Shown in pieces: positions 51,756 through 63,871 of a DNA stretch of 64,000 bases (position 1 is the stretch's first letter; each line of letters begins with the position of its first letter). The notes beneath the pieces are model-generated. The model searched no databases. It saw nothing but the letters and a program-made list of their open reading frames with translations, and was not told the DNA's origin. Origin of the DNA: Chiloscyllium plagiosum (Eukaryota); the NCBI RefSeq assembly GCF_004010195.1, contig NC_057741.1, positions 25,811,147 through 25,875,146 of the forward strand. Reading direction: 5' to 3'. The position numbers and the translations under genes are program-made.

Positions 51756-53507
51756 GCTCAGAGATGCATCTGAATTCTGGTCCAGGCATGGTATAATCAA
51801 ATTCTTAATTGGTTTACTGATGCATCCATAGTTCCGAGTCAATTAGGTGGTGAATGCTCAATTTGTTTGTTTTTTTTTTTAAAAAGAATAGTCATCTACT
51901 GACATCACTTCTCATTATCTATTGATTGCTATGTTAGGTATTTTTAATCAACCTCTTCAGAAGTTTTGTTACACGCATTTGAAATGAGACCTGAGCCCAG
52001 GCCTTCTGGCTCAGAAGTAGGAGCACAATTAGTGCATTCAAGAACTCTAAACATTTTTTCTTTATCTATGGACGGCTCACATCTAAGTGCTTGTGATTGC
52101 TGATGAAGTGATGACATTGCCCTTGGGTGATTTCAAGCTACCAATCTAGTGATAGTGAAACACGCTGAACAGTTGTACCACAGAAGCAGATCAGTTTAGT
52201 CTTTTAACTTGTGATTTACCAGTGAGGTCATCCTAGCTCATATAGCTTTACCTGTCCGTTCATCAAATTTTATAGCTTACCATTAAACGTTTTATGCCAT
52301 CTTAGCCCAGTTATTTAGGATAGGGGCTCACATAAGCTGTTATGTGAGCTCATTGTCTCAGTTTTTGCTTAATTGTAAGAGTGCCTCATTAAATCAAACT
52401 CCTTGTCAGTGAATGCTTGTGTTAGATGCCCAACTGCTAGGTGATATTTTTCTCCATGATTTTGGATGTTTGATCTGTGGATGTGGATGCCTGGAATGAG
52501 TCTCTTAATTTTTAAAATGGATGTAGTGAAAAGTTGCATGTAACCTTGAATCTATAATTCTAATAACAAAAGGTTGCAAAGTTCTAATACCAACAAATTT
52601 AAAACCTGGGTAATAGCAAGAAGTGTAAGTGCATAATGAGCAGTATATAAAGTGAGGTGGTGAATTATCCTTGTACATTCAGTCCCTACATAGTCTAAAG
52701 TAATTTAATTCAAAGGATTATACAATCATAAATGTAAACATTGTTACAAAGTTAATAATTATATTTAGTCATTGTCGCTTCTAAACCTCAAAATTAAAAC
52801 AAAGCTAATATAGAACAGCTCCTATATTTCCTTTTTCTCCTCACTTTCCACAGTAAATCTCTTCCAGCCTTCCTTTTGTTAACCAAAGCCTTCTGATTAA
52901 TATTCAAGTTGGGGGGGAAAAAGTGAGCCTGTTCAACCTTGGAGGTTGAAAGTTCTTGCAGTGTAGCTCTCTGAAATCTTTCTCTTTCTTTGTCAAGTGA
53001 AGCAAGTGAAGTCACATGATATTAAGGGAAGAAAAGTCTATTGTGGTCACACTTGGGCAGGATTATATTTTAGATTAACTGAATATATTTCGACCTGAAC
53101 TAAATTGAACTCATGGTGAAATATCAAACTCCCTACTATTCCCACAGTAATGTCAAGTTCTGCTTCAAATTTTAAAAAACCTTGTTTTCACATGGTGAGG
53201 GGGGTAAAGCAAAGCTAAGGTAGCTAGAGGTGGTGATTGATTCGACAATACATGTTCAGTTGTAGGGGAGTCTCTCGGAATTGATGCAAAGAAGTTACAT
53301 GCAAAATCTAGAAATAAGGGCTTGCTGTAGGAAAAAAACAAACAGAACAACTGACTTGTTTTTTTTTGTGTGTATCTGAGTTGATTTAATATTGGCAATA
53401 ACATTAAAACATGCCAAATTATATGATCACAAATATTAACTATAAATAATATGCATACTTTAAATAGTAAGTTTTTTTTAAAATCTTTCCTTTATACATT
53501 ATTCTAG

Positions 53508-53659
53508 GTTGGAGATCTTGTTTTTGCACAGTTTGTTGTGGCCAATAAAGATATGGAACCAGAACTGGTTTGCATTGACAGCTGTGGCCGATCTAATGGG
53601 ATGGGAGTGATTGGACCAGATGGATTATTATTTAAAGTTTCACTGAGTATTGCACGCAA
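53508..53659 (+). CDS. EXOSC3: RRP40 exon 3, copy 1 (152 nt)
   Basis: Acceptor attctag|GTT and donor AA|GTATGT; encodes [50 protein letters not shown](K), in frame with exon 2. Confidence 0.95.
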
Positions 53660-53733
53660 GTATGTCACAAATTTGTCAAGACTCTGAGCTCTTTACTGCC
53701 AGTGAATTGTCTTAATTACATTTTGAATTTCAG

Positions 53734-53941
53734 GCTGCTTTCTCCAAACTGTGACGTCATGAAGAACCTCGGGGAATTGTACCCATTTGAAGTAGTGGTT
53801 GGAATGAATGGACGGATATGGGTAAAAGCCAGAACATTGAAGCATACGTTATTAGTGGCTAATGTATTGGAAAGCTGTGGGAACATGACTGCGGAACAAA
53901 GGAGACATGTCTTCAAAAAACTGTCAGAAAATGTGCCATAA
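53734..53941 (+). CDS. EXOSC3: RRP40 exon 4, copy 1 (KH domain, stop TAA)
   Basis: Acceptor tttcag|G after a 74-nt intron; encodes LLSPNC...YPFEVVVGMNGRIWVKA...KKLSENVP*. Spliced CDS is 219+150+152+208 = 729 nt, or 242 aa. Confidence 0.95.
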
Positions 53942-54028
53942 ATCCAAGACTCATCAAATTCAATATGAGTGTTTTGAACTTGGATAAATGTCCTTGAAGA
54001 TACAAACACTGGAAGAAAAATGATTTCG

Positions 54029-54104
54029 GCTGCCTGACCTGCTGTGCTGTTCCAGCAATAAAGTTTCAACTTTGATCTCCAGCATCTGCAGACCTCACTT
54101 TCTC
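54029..54104 (+). mobile_element. 76-bp Penelope 3'-terminal fragment at the duplication junction
   Basis: gctgcctgacctgctgtgctgttccagc...atctccagcatctgcagacctcactttctc, homologous to 6150-6230 and 45245-45320; contains AATAAA at 54057-54062. Confidence 0.9.
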
Positions 54105-54905
54105 TTCAAAGGATTATACAATCATAAATGTAAACATTGTTACAAAGTTAATAATTATATTTAGTCATTTGTCGCTTCTAAACCTCAAAATTAAAACAAA
54201 GCTAATGTAGAACAGCTCCTATATTTCCTTTTTTCTCCTCACTTTCCACAGTAAACCTCTTCCAGCCTTCCTTTTGTTAACCAAAGCCTTCTGATTAATA
54301 TTCAAGTTGGGGGGGAAAAAGTGAGCCTGTTCAACCTTGGAGGTTGAAAGTTCTTGCAGTGTAGCTCTCTGAAATCTTTCACTTTCTTTGTCAAGTGAAG
54401 CAAGTGAAGTCACATGATATTAAGGGAAGGAAAGTCTATTGTGGTCACACTTGGACAGGATTATATTTTAGATTAACTGAATATATTTCGACCTGAACTA
54501 AATTGAACTCATGGTGAAATATCAAACTCCCTACTATTCCCACAGTAATGTCAAGTTCTGCTTCAAATTTTAAAAAACCTTGTTTTCACATGGTGAGGGG
54601 GGTAAAGCAAAGCTAAGGTAGCTAGAGGTGGTGATTGACTCGACAATACATGTTCAGTTGTAGGGGAGTCTCTCGGAATTGATGCAAAGAAGTTACATGC
54701 AAAATCTAGAAATAAGGGCTTGCTGTAGGAAAAAAACAAACAGAACAACTGACTTGTTTTTTTTTGTGTGTATCTGAGTTGATTTAATATTGGCAATAAC
54801 ATTAAAACATGCCAAATTATATGATCACAAATATTAACTATAAATAATATGCATACTTTAAATAGTAAGTTTTTTTTAAAATCTTTCCTTTATACATTAT
54901 TCTAG

Positions 54906-55057
54906 GTTGGAGATCTTGTTTTTGCACAGTTTGTTGTGGCCAATAAAGATATGGAACCAGAACTGGTTTGCATTGACAGCTGTGGCCGATCTAATGGGAT
55001 GGGAGTGATTGGACCAGATGGATTATTATTTAAAGTTTCACTGAGTATTGCACGCAA
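54906..55057 (+). CDS. EXOSC3: Duplicated RRP40 exon 3, copy 2
   Basis: Identical by eye to 53508-53659, with intact AG/GT splice sites (offset 1398). Confidence 0.75.
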
Positions 55058-55131
55058 GTATGTCACAAATTTGTCAAGACTCTGAGCTCTTTACTGCCAG
55101 TGAACTGTCTTAATTACATTTTGAATTTCAG

Positions 55132-55339
55132 GCTGCTTTCTCCAAACTGTGACGTCATGAAGAACCTCGGGGAATTGTACCCATTTGAAGTAGTGGTTGG
55201 AATGAATGGACGGATATGGGTAAAAGCCAGAACATTGAAGCATACGTTATTAGTGGCTAATGTATTGGAAAGCTGTGGGAACATGACTGCGGAACAAAGG
55301 AGACATGTCTTCAAAAAACTGTCAGAAAATGTGCCATAA
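55132..55339 (+). CDS. EXOSC3: Duplicated RRP40 exon 4, copy 2, followed by the native 3' UTR
   Basis: Same translation as 53734-53941 in the ORF track; AATAAA follows at 55465-55470. Confidence 0.75.
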
Positions 55340-55464
55340 ATCCAAGACTCATCAAATTCAATATGAGTGTTTTGAACTTGGATAAATGTCCTTGAAGATA
55401 CAAACACTGGAAGAAAAATGATTTCGATTATAACATGAACAGTTTGTCTGACGTTTTGATAACT

Positions 55465-55470
55465 AATAAA
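55465..55470 (+). terminator. Probable native polyadenylation signal of EXOSC3
   Basis: AATAAA ~125 nt after the copy-2 stop codon, followed by T-rich sequence. Confidence 0.6.
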
Positions 55471-55854
55471 TATTTTGGTTATAAAATATCTTTAATTCTA
55501 CAAGTAATTTTTAAATTTTAAGCTCAGGCAAGAATTGAACTTATCAAAATATTTCAAGTATGCAACTTTTTATGGTCTCCCCTGACTTGTTTCTGTAGCA
55601 TAGTGATCTAATATTTTACTATCTACCTCCATACAACTTGAAATAAAATTAGGGAATACCTTATTAGCTCCTTAATAAATTAAGTTATGCGCTGCCTTAC
55701 TGTAATTTAACTCACTATCTCTGAATTTGAAAATAACATTAGAAAGTTGAGTTTTTTAACTAATTTGTCTACTTTCAACTGTGGTCAATTTTGTCATTGT
55801 TTAAAATTGGCAGATTATCAAAAAAATGCATTTCAGATCCATCCTCAACTGTAG

Positions 55855-56260
55855 AGTCAGAGTCCTGCAGCACAGAAAGACAGCCTTCAATCCAACATGT
55901 CCATGCTGACCAAGTTCCCAACTAGACTAATCGCACTTGTCTGCATTTGGCCCATACCTCTCAACCTTTCTTGTGTGTACCTGTCCAAATCTCTCATGCA
56001 TGTTGAATTGGCACATGCATTTACAACTTCCTCTGACAGTTCATTCCATATACAAACCACCCTGTATGGAAAACGTTGCCCCTTGGATCCCTTTTAAATC
56101 TATCTCCTCTCATCTTAAAATATGCCCCCTAGTTTCTGACTCCCCTTCCCTAGGAAAAAGACCTTTGCTATTCACCTTATCTATGCTCCTCATGATTTTA
56201 TAAACTTGATAAGGTCACCCTTCTATGCTGCAATGAAAGAAAAGTCCCTGCCCAACTAGT
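55855..56260 (-). mobile_element. CR1 3' end
   Basis: Reverse CR1 tail and 3' RT region. Confidence 0.75.
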
Positions 56261-58247
56261 CTTTCCTAATTCAAACCGTCCGCTCCTAGTGGGATAGGCT
56301 TATAAGCCTGAATGGCCTATTTCCTATATTCCTCTCTCTAATTCATCCTTAATTCTCAATTTCCAATTGTATTGAGGAGTCATCAGCCACTTTAGGAAGG
56401 ATGTCAAAGCATTACAAATGGTAGAGGAAATTTACTGGAATGGTATCAGAAATCAGAGATGTTAAAAATACCCTTGTTCTTGGAACAATGAAAACTGAGA
56501 TTTAAGATGTGTTCAAAATAGAGGGTGGGCTTAATTGTTTTATTTACTCTTCCGACTGGGAGGGATGTCAGTGACGAGGGCATGAACTTTTAGGGTGATC
56601 AAGAGCCAGTAGAAAGCAAAATCATGCATGTACAAATTGTATATGTGCAAAATTGCCAAAAGCTAGCAAAGAAGTTCAACTAATAAGGAAAGAAAATTAA
56701 ATGTTGGCCTTTATTTTAGAGGGAATGAAATATAAAAGTAGGTTTTAATATAACTCTACATGACACTAGCCAGACCACAGCTGGAATACTGCGGACAGTT
56801 TTAATTCCCTTAACTGAGGAAAGATTCACTGGCATTGAATTTACTGGCACTCGATCGACATCCTGGAGTGATCATTGAGCTGAAACTCAACTGGACTCCC
56901 CATATAAATACAGTGGCTATAAACAGGTCGGAGGCTAGGAATAATATGGTGAGTAATTCACCACCTGATTCTGAAGCCTGTCCACCATCTACAAGGGTCG
57001 AGAGTGTGGTGCTGGAAAAGCACAGCAAGTCATGTAGCATCAGAGGAGCAGAAGAATCGACGTTTCGGACAAAAGCTCTTCAGGAAGGCACAAGTCGTTC
57101 TTTAAAACATCGTTTTAGCATTTAAGTATGTGGGAACTATATGGTCAATGTTTTAAAGTTTTGAGTGTCAATAGAACTACTGGAAAGTACTTGATAGCAC
57201 TTCTACCTGTTACATAGACGTGCTTTAGTCAATATTATTTGACCTTATTTGTTCAATGCATGTTAGTTAATTTCTCTGGTTTGCCTGTTGTTTTTGTTAA
57301 TGACTCCTGCTAAATGGGCACCTTAACTTTAAGCTCCATGCTGTCTTTCCATTCATTTCATGACATCTGAGGTACTTGAATGGTGCGTTTCTCTTCCAAG
57401 GTATCACCCAACTTTATTGAAATGTAATTTTAAAATCTAAGGAATTTGCTTGTGGACTTCTAGGAATGTCGGAGTTGAGATTGGGACTGCAGAAAACCTG
57501 GTGCCCAAACCTTATATTTGGGGTTTATGGACATGTTGGCAATATTTGGAATAATTAGGCACCTCTTTTCAGTGCATATTATTGGACTGTTCACTGAGGC
57601 AAGAGGAATGTTCCTGCTTGCTTACCTCAAAGCTGAAATAAGTGCAATCTAAAATTTTTAACTGTAGCAAATTGTGTTTACACTATTGTCTCCATCTACG
57701 AAATCAGCTTCAAAGAGTAGACTAAAAGCAACTCAGTTCTGGGAATCTGAAAAACAAATACAGTAAACACCACATCCATAATAAAAGTAGCATTTCAGGG
57801 TTGTGAAGAAATGCTGATATGATTTAGGAGCAAGAGCAGCCAATCTGGCTCCTTGAGATCAAAGCTGAGCCCAATTTGGCCTTAAATCTGCTTTCTGTCT
57901 GTCAACTATACCCTTTGACTCCCATCTGATCAGGAAGCTGTAGCTCAGCCTGAAAATATTCAATGACCTTTGCTGTGCTGCTCTCTGGGAAAAGTAAGTT
58001 GCACAGAGTTGTGACTCCCAGAAAAATATTGCTTATCGGAGGAACAGTATTTAACAACAGCAGAAAAAGAGAACAGAACCTCTCCCCCACTGTGTATTCT
58101 TCCTTTTGCATAGCCCTTTTAAATTCTGAAGAGCTGGTGCCAATATAGTAATGTTACTGGACTTATAATTACAAGTACCAAGCTGATGTTTGGGGACAGG
58201 GGGCATGGGTTTAAATCCTGCCATGTTAAATGGTGAATAATTTTATT

Positions 58248-58540
58248 AGATTCCCTACAGTGTGGAAACAGGCCATTCGGCCCAATAAGTACGTACCAAC
58301 ATTCTGAAGAGTCACCCACCCAAACCAATTTCCCTCTAACTAATGCACCTAACGCTATGGAAAATTTAGTATGGCCAATCCACCCGATCTGCCCATCTTT
58401 GGATTGTGGGAGCAAACTAGATCACCCTGAAGAAACCCATGCAGAAACGGGGAGAATGTGCAAATTCCACACAGACAGTCGTCCAAGGCTGGAATCGAAC
58501 CCAAGTCCCTGGCTCTGTGAGGCTACGGTGCTAACTACAT
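58248..58540 (-). mobile_element. HE1-like V-SINE nested in a second-family SINE
   Basis: V-domain and head in reverse; the host SINE resumes at ~58541. Confidence 0.8.
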
Positions 58541-59789
58541 GTGGAGTAAAAAGCCAGTTGAATGGCAGCCCTCAATTATTTAAAAAATGACATATGGATC
58601 ACTAATGACCTCTAAGGTGAGAAATCTGTTATCTTTACTTGGTCTGGCATAAATGTGAGTCCAGATCCATAGCAATGTGATTGAATCTTAAGTATCCTCT
58701 GGGTAATTAGAGATGGGTGAGATATGTTGGTCCAACCAGTGACAGTCCCATCTCTCAAATTTTGTTTTTTAATTTGCAGCTAATTGCAGTTTCAATGATT
58801 GGGGAAAGACCAGAAACACAAATTTGTACTCTTAGTTCCAAAAAATGTTGACTGACTCAGTCACTAATTCTGATTTCTCTCCACAGATGCTGTCAGACCT
58901 GCTGAGCTTTTCCAGCAATTTTTATTTTGATACTGTCCTGTCATATCATTTCAGAGTATCATATGGACATCAATTTAAATTGGAAAATTAATGTCCTATT
59001 AAGATTAGGGGCAAATGGAGTCTCCATAGTTTATTTGTATAATTCCCCTATTACTGGTGAGCATATTTTCTTAGTGTTTCTGTGTGGAAAAAAAATGAAT
59101 CTCTGGATTGGTTTTTCTGCTTCTTTGCTGACAGGTTTAAAGGTGGGGTCACGTAAAATCCTGCTGCCTAACTCTCTGCCTACCAAACCTCGATGGGGAG
59201 GGAGTACAGGGGGAGGTGTCAGGTGGTTTGTCTGATTTTTGGGCCTATTGAAGCCTGGGAGTAGCTAACGAATGGCCATTTAAGTGTCTCATCACTGTGG
59301 TTGGGGTAGCCAATACTGGAACACCAGCAGCTTCATCTGGCTAGGGCTGAGCAAGGATAAAGAATCTAATTTTCAGTTGGAAGATAATGCCCCACCCTGA
59401 TCATTTCCCCTGCACATAATTCTCACGTCCATCACATTACTTGTTGATACACATGACCGTGGATTTAATTAGGTACTTCAGCAAGGTAGGACTAACTGAC
59501 TGGAACTGCAGGGGTTACAGAGCTGCCAAGTGTTATTTCAAGGCTCCTCGCAGTGGGGACTGCTTTTGAAATCATACATGAGGTCCCCTCTGGAGTTTTA
59601 ACACCAGGGCCCCCCTGATGTACCTATTGGAGGAAACTCCTATGAAAATCTACCCCCCCATACCTGGTCTTCCATTCCCTCAAACTCTCTCCCTGTGGTC
59701 TGCAAATATCCCCGAGTTATCTTCAGTCCAGTTGGGCAATATCCAGGTTTGGGCTGGCAAAAATGTGTACCACTCAAGTGCTAGGTAAT

Positions 59790-60025
59790 GATAATCTCCA
59801 GTTGAAAATGTATTGCTGGAAAAGCACAGCAGGTCAGGCAGCATCCAAGGAGCGGGAGAATCGACGTTTCGGGCATGAGCGCTTCTTCAGGAATGAGGAA
59901 ACTGGAGAAATCGGAGTTCATCCCTTGTGGTTGGAGGGTTCCTAGGCGGAAGATGAGGCGTTCTTCCTCCAACCTTTGTGTTGCTATGGTCTGGCGATGG
60001 AGGAGTCCTCATTTCCCCTCCCCCC
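59790..60025 (-). mobile_element. Penelope 3' fragment with internal deletion
   Basis: EEERLIFRLGTLQPQGMNSDF joined directly to the hammerhead-like terminus through cctcatt microhomology. Confidence 0.75.
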
Positions 60026-62587
60026 ACCGGTCAGACAGTAAGATTAGAACAAAGAACAAGACAGCACAGGAACAAGCCTTATGGGCCTCCAAGCCTGAAT
60101 TTAGTAGTGAGTCACTTTCTGACTTCCCAAAGTTCACCATCTGCAAGGCACAAGTCAGGAGTGTAATGGAATATTCATTTATCTGGATGCGTACAGCTTC
60201 AACAACAGTCAAGAAGCTTGACAGCATGCAGAACAAAGTAGCCCGCTTGATTGGCACCACATCCAGAAACATGTAGCTCTTTCACCAACAATGCTTAATA
60301 GTGTACCATCAAAAAGATGCACTGAAGAAATTCATTAAGACTCCACGATTGCTACCATCTGGAAGGACATAGCAGTAGATATATGGGGAGTGCCACCCCT
60401 TGCAAGTTCCCTTCAAAGCCATTTACCCTCCTGACTTGGAATTTTACTGTCAATGGGTCAAAATCCTGGACTTCCCTCCTGGATGGCATTGTGGGATACC
60501 TATCCTGAATGGACTGCAGCAGTTCAAGAAAGCAGCTCCCCATAACATTCTCAATGGTAACTACGGAAGGGCAATGAATGTTGGTCCAGTTTGTGGTGTC
60601 TACAGCCTATGAATGACGTTTAAAAAATAAAACATCTGTTATCTTCTCCTCTTAGATGTTTCCCGGTTGTCTCAATAATGGCTGCCACATGAACAGAAAA
60701 ACAGAAGTTGGAAAAGCTCAGGTGCCCTGGCAGCTTCAGTGACTGAGTTTTTCCAGCAATGTTTGATTTTGTTTCTCATCTGCAGTTCCTTTAGTATTTA
60801 TCACATGAACATGGTGCTACTGGGACTACTGATCTGCTGGGTAATCTGATGAGTCAACAACTCTCAAAGGCAGATTCCCTCCTCGATTTGGGGGTAGTGA
60901 ACATCTTGCCCTGTGCCAATTAACATCCCATCGAGCATGAAATGCTTGTAAGACAGCCTACTTACTCAGATGTGGGGTCTTAGCCAATTTGAGTTGGAGG
61001 TGCAAGGAATCCACATCTCTCAAAATTAAGCCCATGTGAAGACTATCGTATTGGCTTGGTCTTGTATGATTGATCCAACATTCAGATTGCTGGGGACATG
61101 GGTATGGGTAAAAAATATCTTTAACACCATCTTTTAAAAATAAAATTTAAAATGTATTAATTCTAGATCCAAAGTCCATGCTGATCCCAAAATAAGACCC
61201 TGTAACTAGCAAGGGGAAGACTTGAAGACAGCAGGGACAAATACCCAACTGCCCAGACCTACTAAAAATCTAACCTGATGGTCTGAATTCTGAAGTACTG
61301 TATCATTTCTATATAAGACATAGAGAAACTCATTTTGCTCACTTCTCCAGGATCATTGGCCTTGATGATCACTGAACCATACCTTGGTAGGGAGAGAGTT
61401 TTGGACTCCTAGAGTTAATCATTACTGCATGGTTTGCCATTTCTCATTTGAACTAGATATCATCTTCCTTCGGGAGGTTATGAGGTCTTGGAATTCTCCA
61501 GCCCATGCAAGTTCAAGTGCTTAGTCTCTTCAAGACTGAGGTTATAAGATTTTTGGATTCTGCAGGAATTGAGGAGTCGGTGTGGACTTGTTGGGCCGAA
61601 GGGCCTGTTTCCACACTGTAAGTAATCTAATCTAATGAAAAGTGTTGAAATCAAACATCAGCTGTGACAGCAAACAGGGGCTCTTGTGGTGATGTGGTAG
61701 TGTTCCTACCTTTAAGCCAGAAGGCCTAGCTTCAAGTCCCATGCGCTCTGGGGTGGATCATAGCACACTGAAGCAGGTCCATTAAAAAATAAACTGCAGA
61801 GCAGATTCAGATGGTTATGTGTCCTGCTCCCATTTAAGTTCATATTGAGTTATTCAGTTGTGTTTGGCTATTTTTGTGACTGATGCATATTTTTCACATC
61901 ACCATAAAGAACAAGTTTCATCAAGAAGAATCAGAATAATCAGTCAAAAGGAATTTGGACCTTCAACCGAAAAGGGAAGAAAAGAAATTCAGGTTAGCCA
62001 TGGGTGAAGGCAGGGGAGTGGATTATTAGATCAGCCATGGAATCACAGAATGGTGGAAATGACTGGGCTGATTGGCCTACTTCTGCTTCTGTATCTAATG
62101 GTCTTAACTAAGAGTTAACCTCAATTACATTGAATTTTTAACAACCTCAGACAGCTTAAAAGCTAAAACTAGGGCATAGTTGAAAGTTTTAGAGACGTTT
62201 CTATCACCATTGTAGCTACCTGGCCTGCTGAGATCTTGGATAACCTGTTGCTTTTAGTCCAGGTTTGCAATATCAGTAGTATTCTGCTTTTGTTTAACTA
62301 GAATCTGAGAATGGTGACAACACAGGGCCTATTCAGGTTATCATTCTGTGCTAACCCTCTGCAGTTACAGTTTTGAAGTGAGTAGAATGAAACGTCTCAG
62401 ATTTAAAACATTTATTTCGCTCTCCATATGGATGATTGTCACCACAGTCGCAGCAGTGTGCACCATCGACAAGATACATCACTGTTGCATTCCTTCAACA
62501 GCACCTTCCAAACCCACCACCTCTATTAGAATCATGGAGATATACAGCACAGAAACAGACTCTTCGGTCCAACTTTTTATTTTAAAA

Positions 62588-63305
62588 AATCCCTACAGTG
62601 TGGAAACAGGCCATTCGGCCCAATAAATCCACACTCACCCTCCAAACAGTAACTCACCCAGATCCATTCCCCTCTGTATTTACCCCTGACTAATGCACCA
62701 AACCTACACATCCCCAAACACCATGGGCAATCTAGCATAGCCAATCACCTAACCTGCACATCTTTGGATTGTGGGAGGAAACCAGAGCACCCAGAGGAAA
62801 CCCACGCAGACACAGGGAGAATGTGCAGTCTCCGCACAAACGGCACTCGCCCAAGGTTGGAATTGAACCTGGATCCCTGGTGCTGTGAGGCAGCAGTGCT
62901 AACCATTGAGCCACCATGGTCCATGTCTAAGATATGTCCATGCCCAGATATCCTAAGTAAATCCAATTGCCAGCATTTGGCCCAAATCTCTCTAAACTCT
63001 TCCTATTCATTTACCCATCCAGATGCCTTTTAAACGGTGTAATTGTACCAGCCTCCACCACTTCCTCTGGCAGTTTATTCCACACACGCGTCACCCTTTG
63101 TGCGAAAAAGTTGCCCATTAAATCTTTCCCCTCTCACCTTAAACCTATGCCTCTAATTTCAGAATCCCCTGCCCTGGGGAAAAGACCTTAACTATTCAGC
63201 CTACCATGACTCACATGATTATCTAAACTTCGGTAAGGTCACCCCTCAGCCTCCAAAACTCGAGGGAAAATAGCCCCAGCTTATCGAGCCTCTCCCTATA
63301 GCTTT
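62588..63305 (-). mobile_element. HE1-like V-SINE (62588-62920) inserted in a CR1 3' end (to ~63305)
   Basis: Reverse V-domain and head; the CR1 tail starts at ~62527 and resumes at ~62918. Confidence 0.8.
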
Positions 63306-63805
63306 ATGACTTACAAGGACAAAGTCAGTGCATGTCCGGGAAACACTACTGCCTTCAAATTTCTTTCCAAATCACAGACCATCTGAGATGGAACCATGTC
63401 ACTGTCCCTTCGAACATCTGATCAAAATCCCAGAGGTCTCTCCATAACAACACCCTGTTGGAGTGTATGTATACCTTAGGGACTGTAACAGCCCACATCA
63501 CATGAGCGATTTAAAACAAAAACTGGTCCTTTTATTTTTGCAGTTTTTTTGTCTTTTTAATTTCAGATTTCCAGTATTCTCCTTTGCAAATGCACTGATA
63601 ACGTGCAGAAAAGGAGTTCTTATTCTCTCTGCTTCTCAACGTCCCCTGTTGTAGATCTCGCAATGGGAGGAGCTGAGAGGCTGGCAGTCGGGAATGGCAG
63701 AGTTCAAGCTCAGAGCAACATTGTGCTGCAGAGGAGGAGAGAGTTCACCAGCAGGCTCTGTCTGTTTGGAGCACTACCCCTATGCGCGTAGCCCCAGAAG
63801 GAAAC

Positions 63806-63871
63806 ATGGAACCCGGAGCCCTTGATCAAGGTTTGTTCAGGGGGAGCGAACAATGTCGACATTATCAGCCG
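63806..63871 (+). CDS. Candidate first coding exon of an unidentified gene (MEPGALDQGLFRGSEQCRHYQP)
   Basis: Strong Kozak aaacATGG, 22 open codons and a consensus donor CCG|GTGAGT at 63872, in unique sequence with rising CpG. Confidence 0.35.

Larger units (their letters stand above)
52709..55426 (+). repeat. Direct tandem duplication: 52709-54028 and 54105-55426, separated by a 76-bp Penelope fragment
   Basis: Both copies begin ttcaaaggattataca and end gaaaaatgatttcg. By eye they differ by about 7 substitutions and 2 single-T indels, all intronic. Confidence 0.95.
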
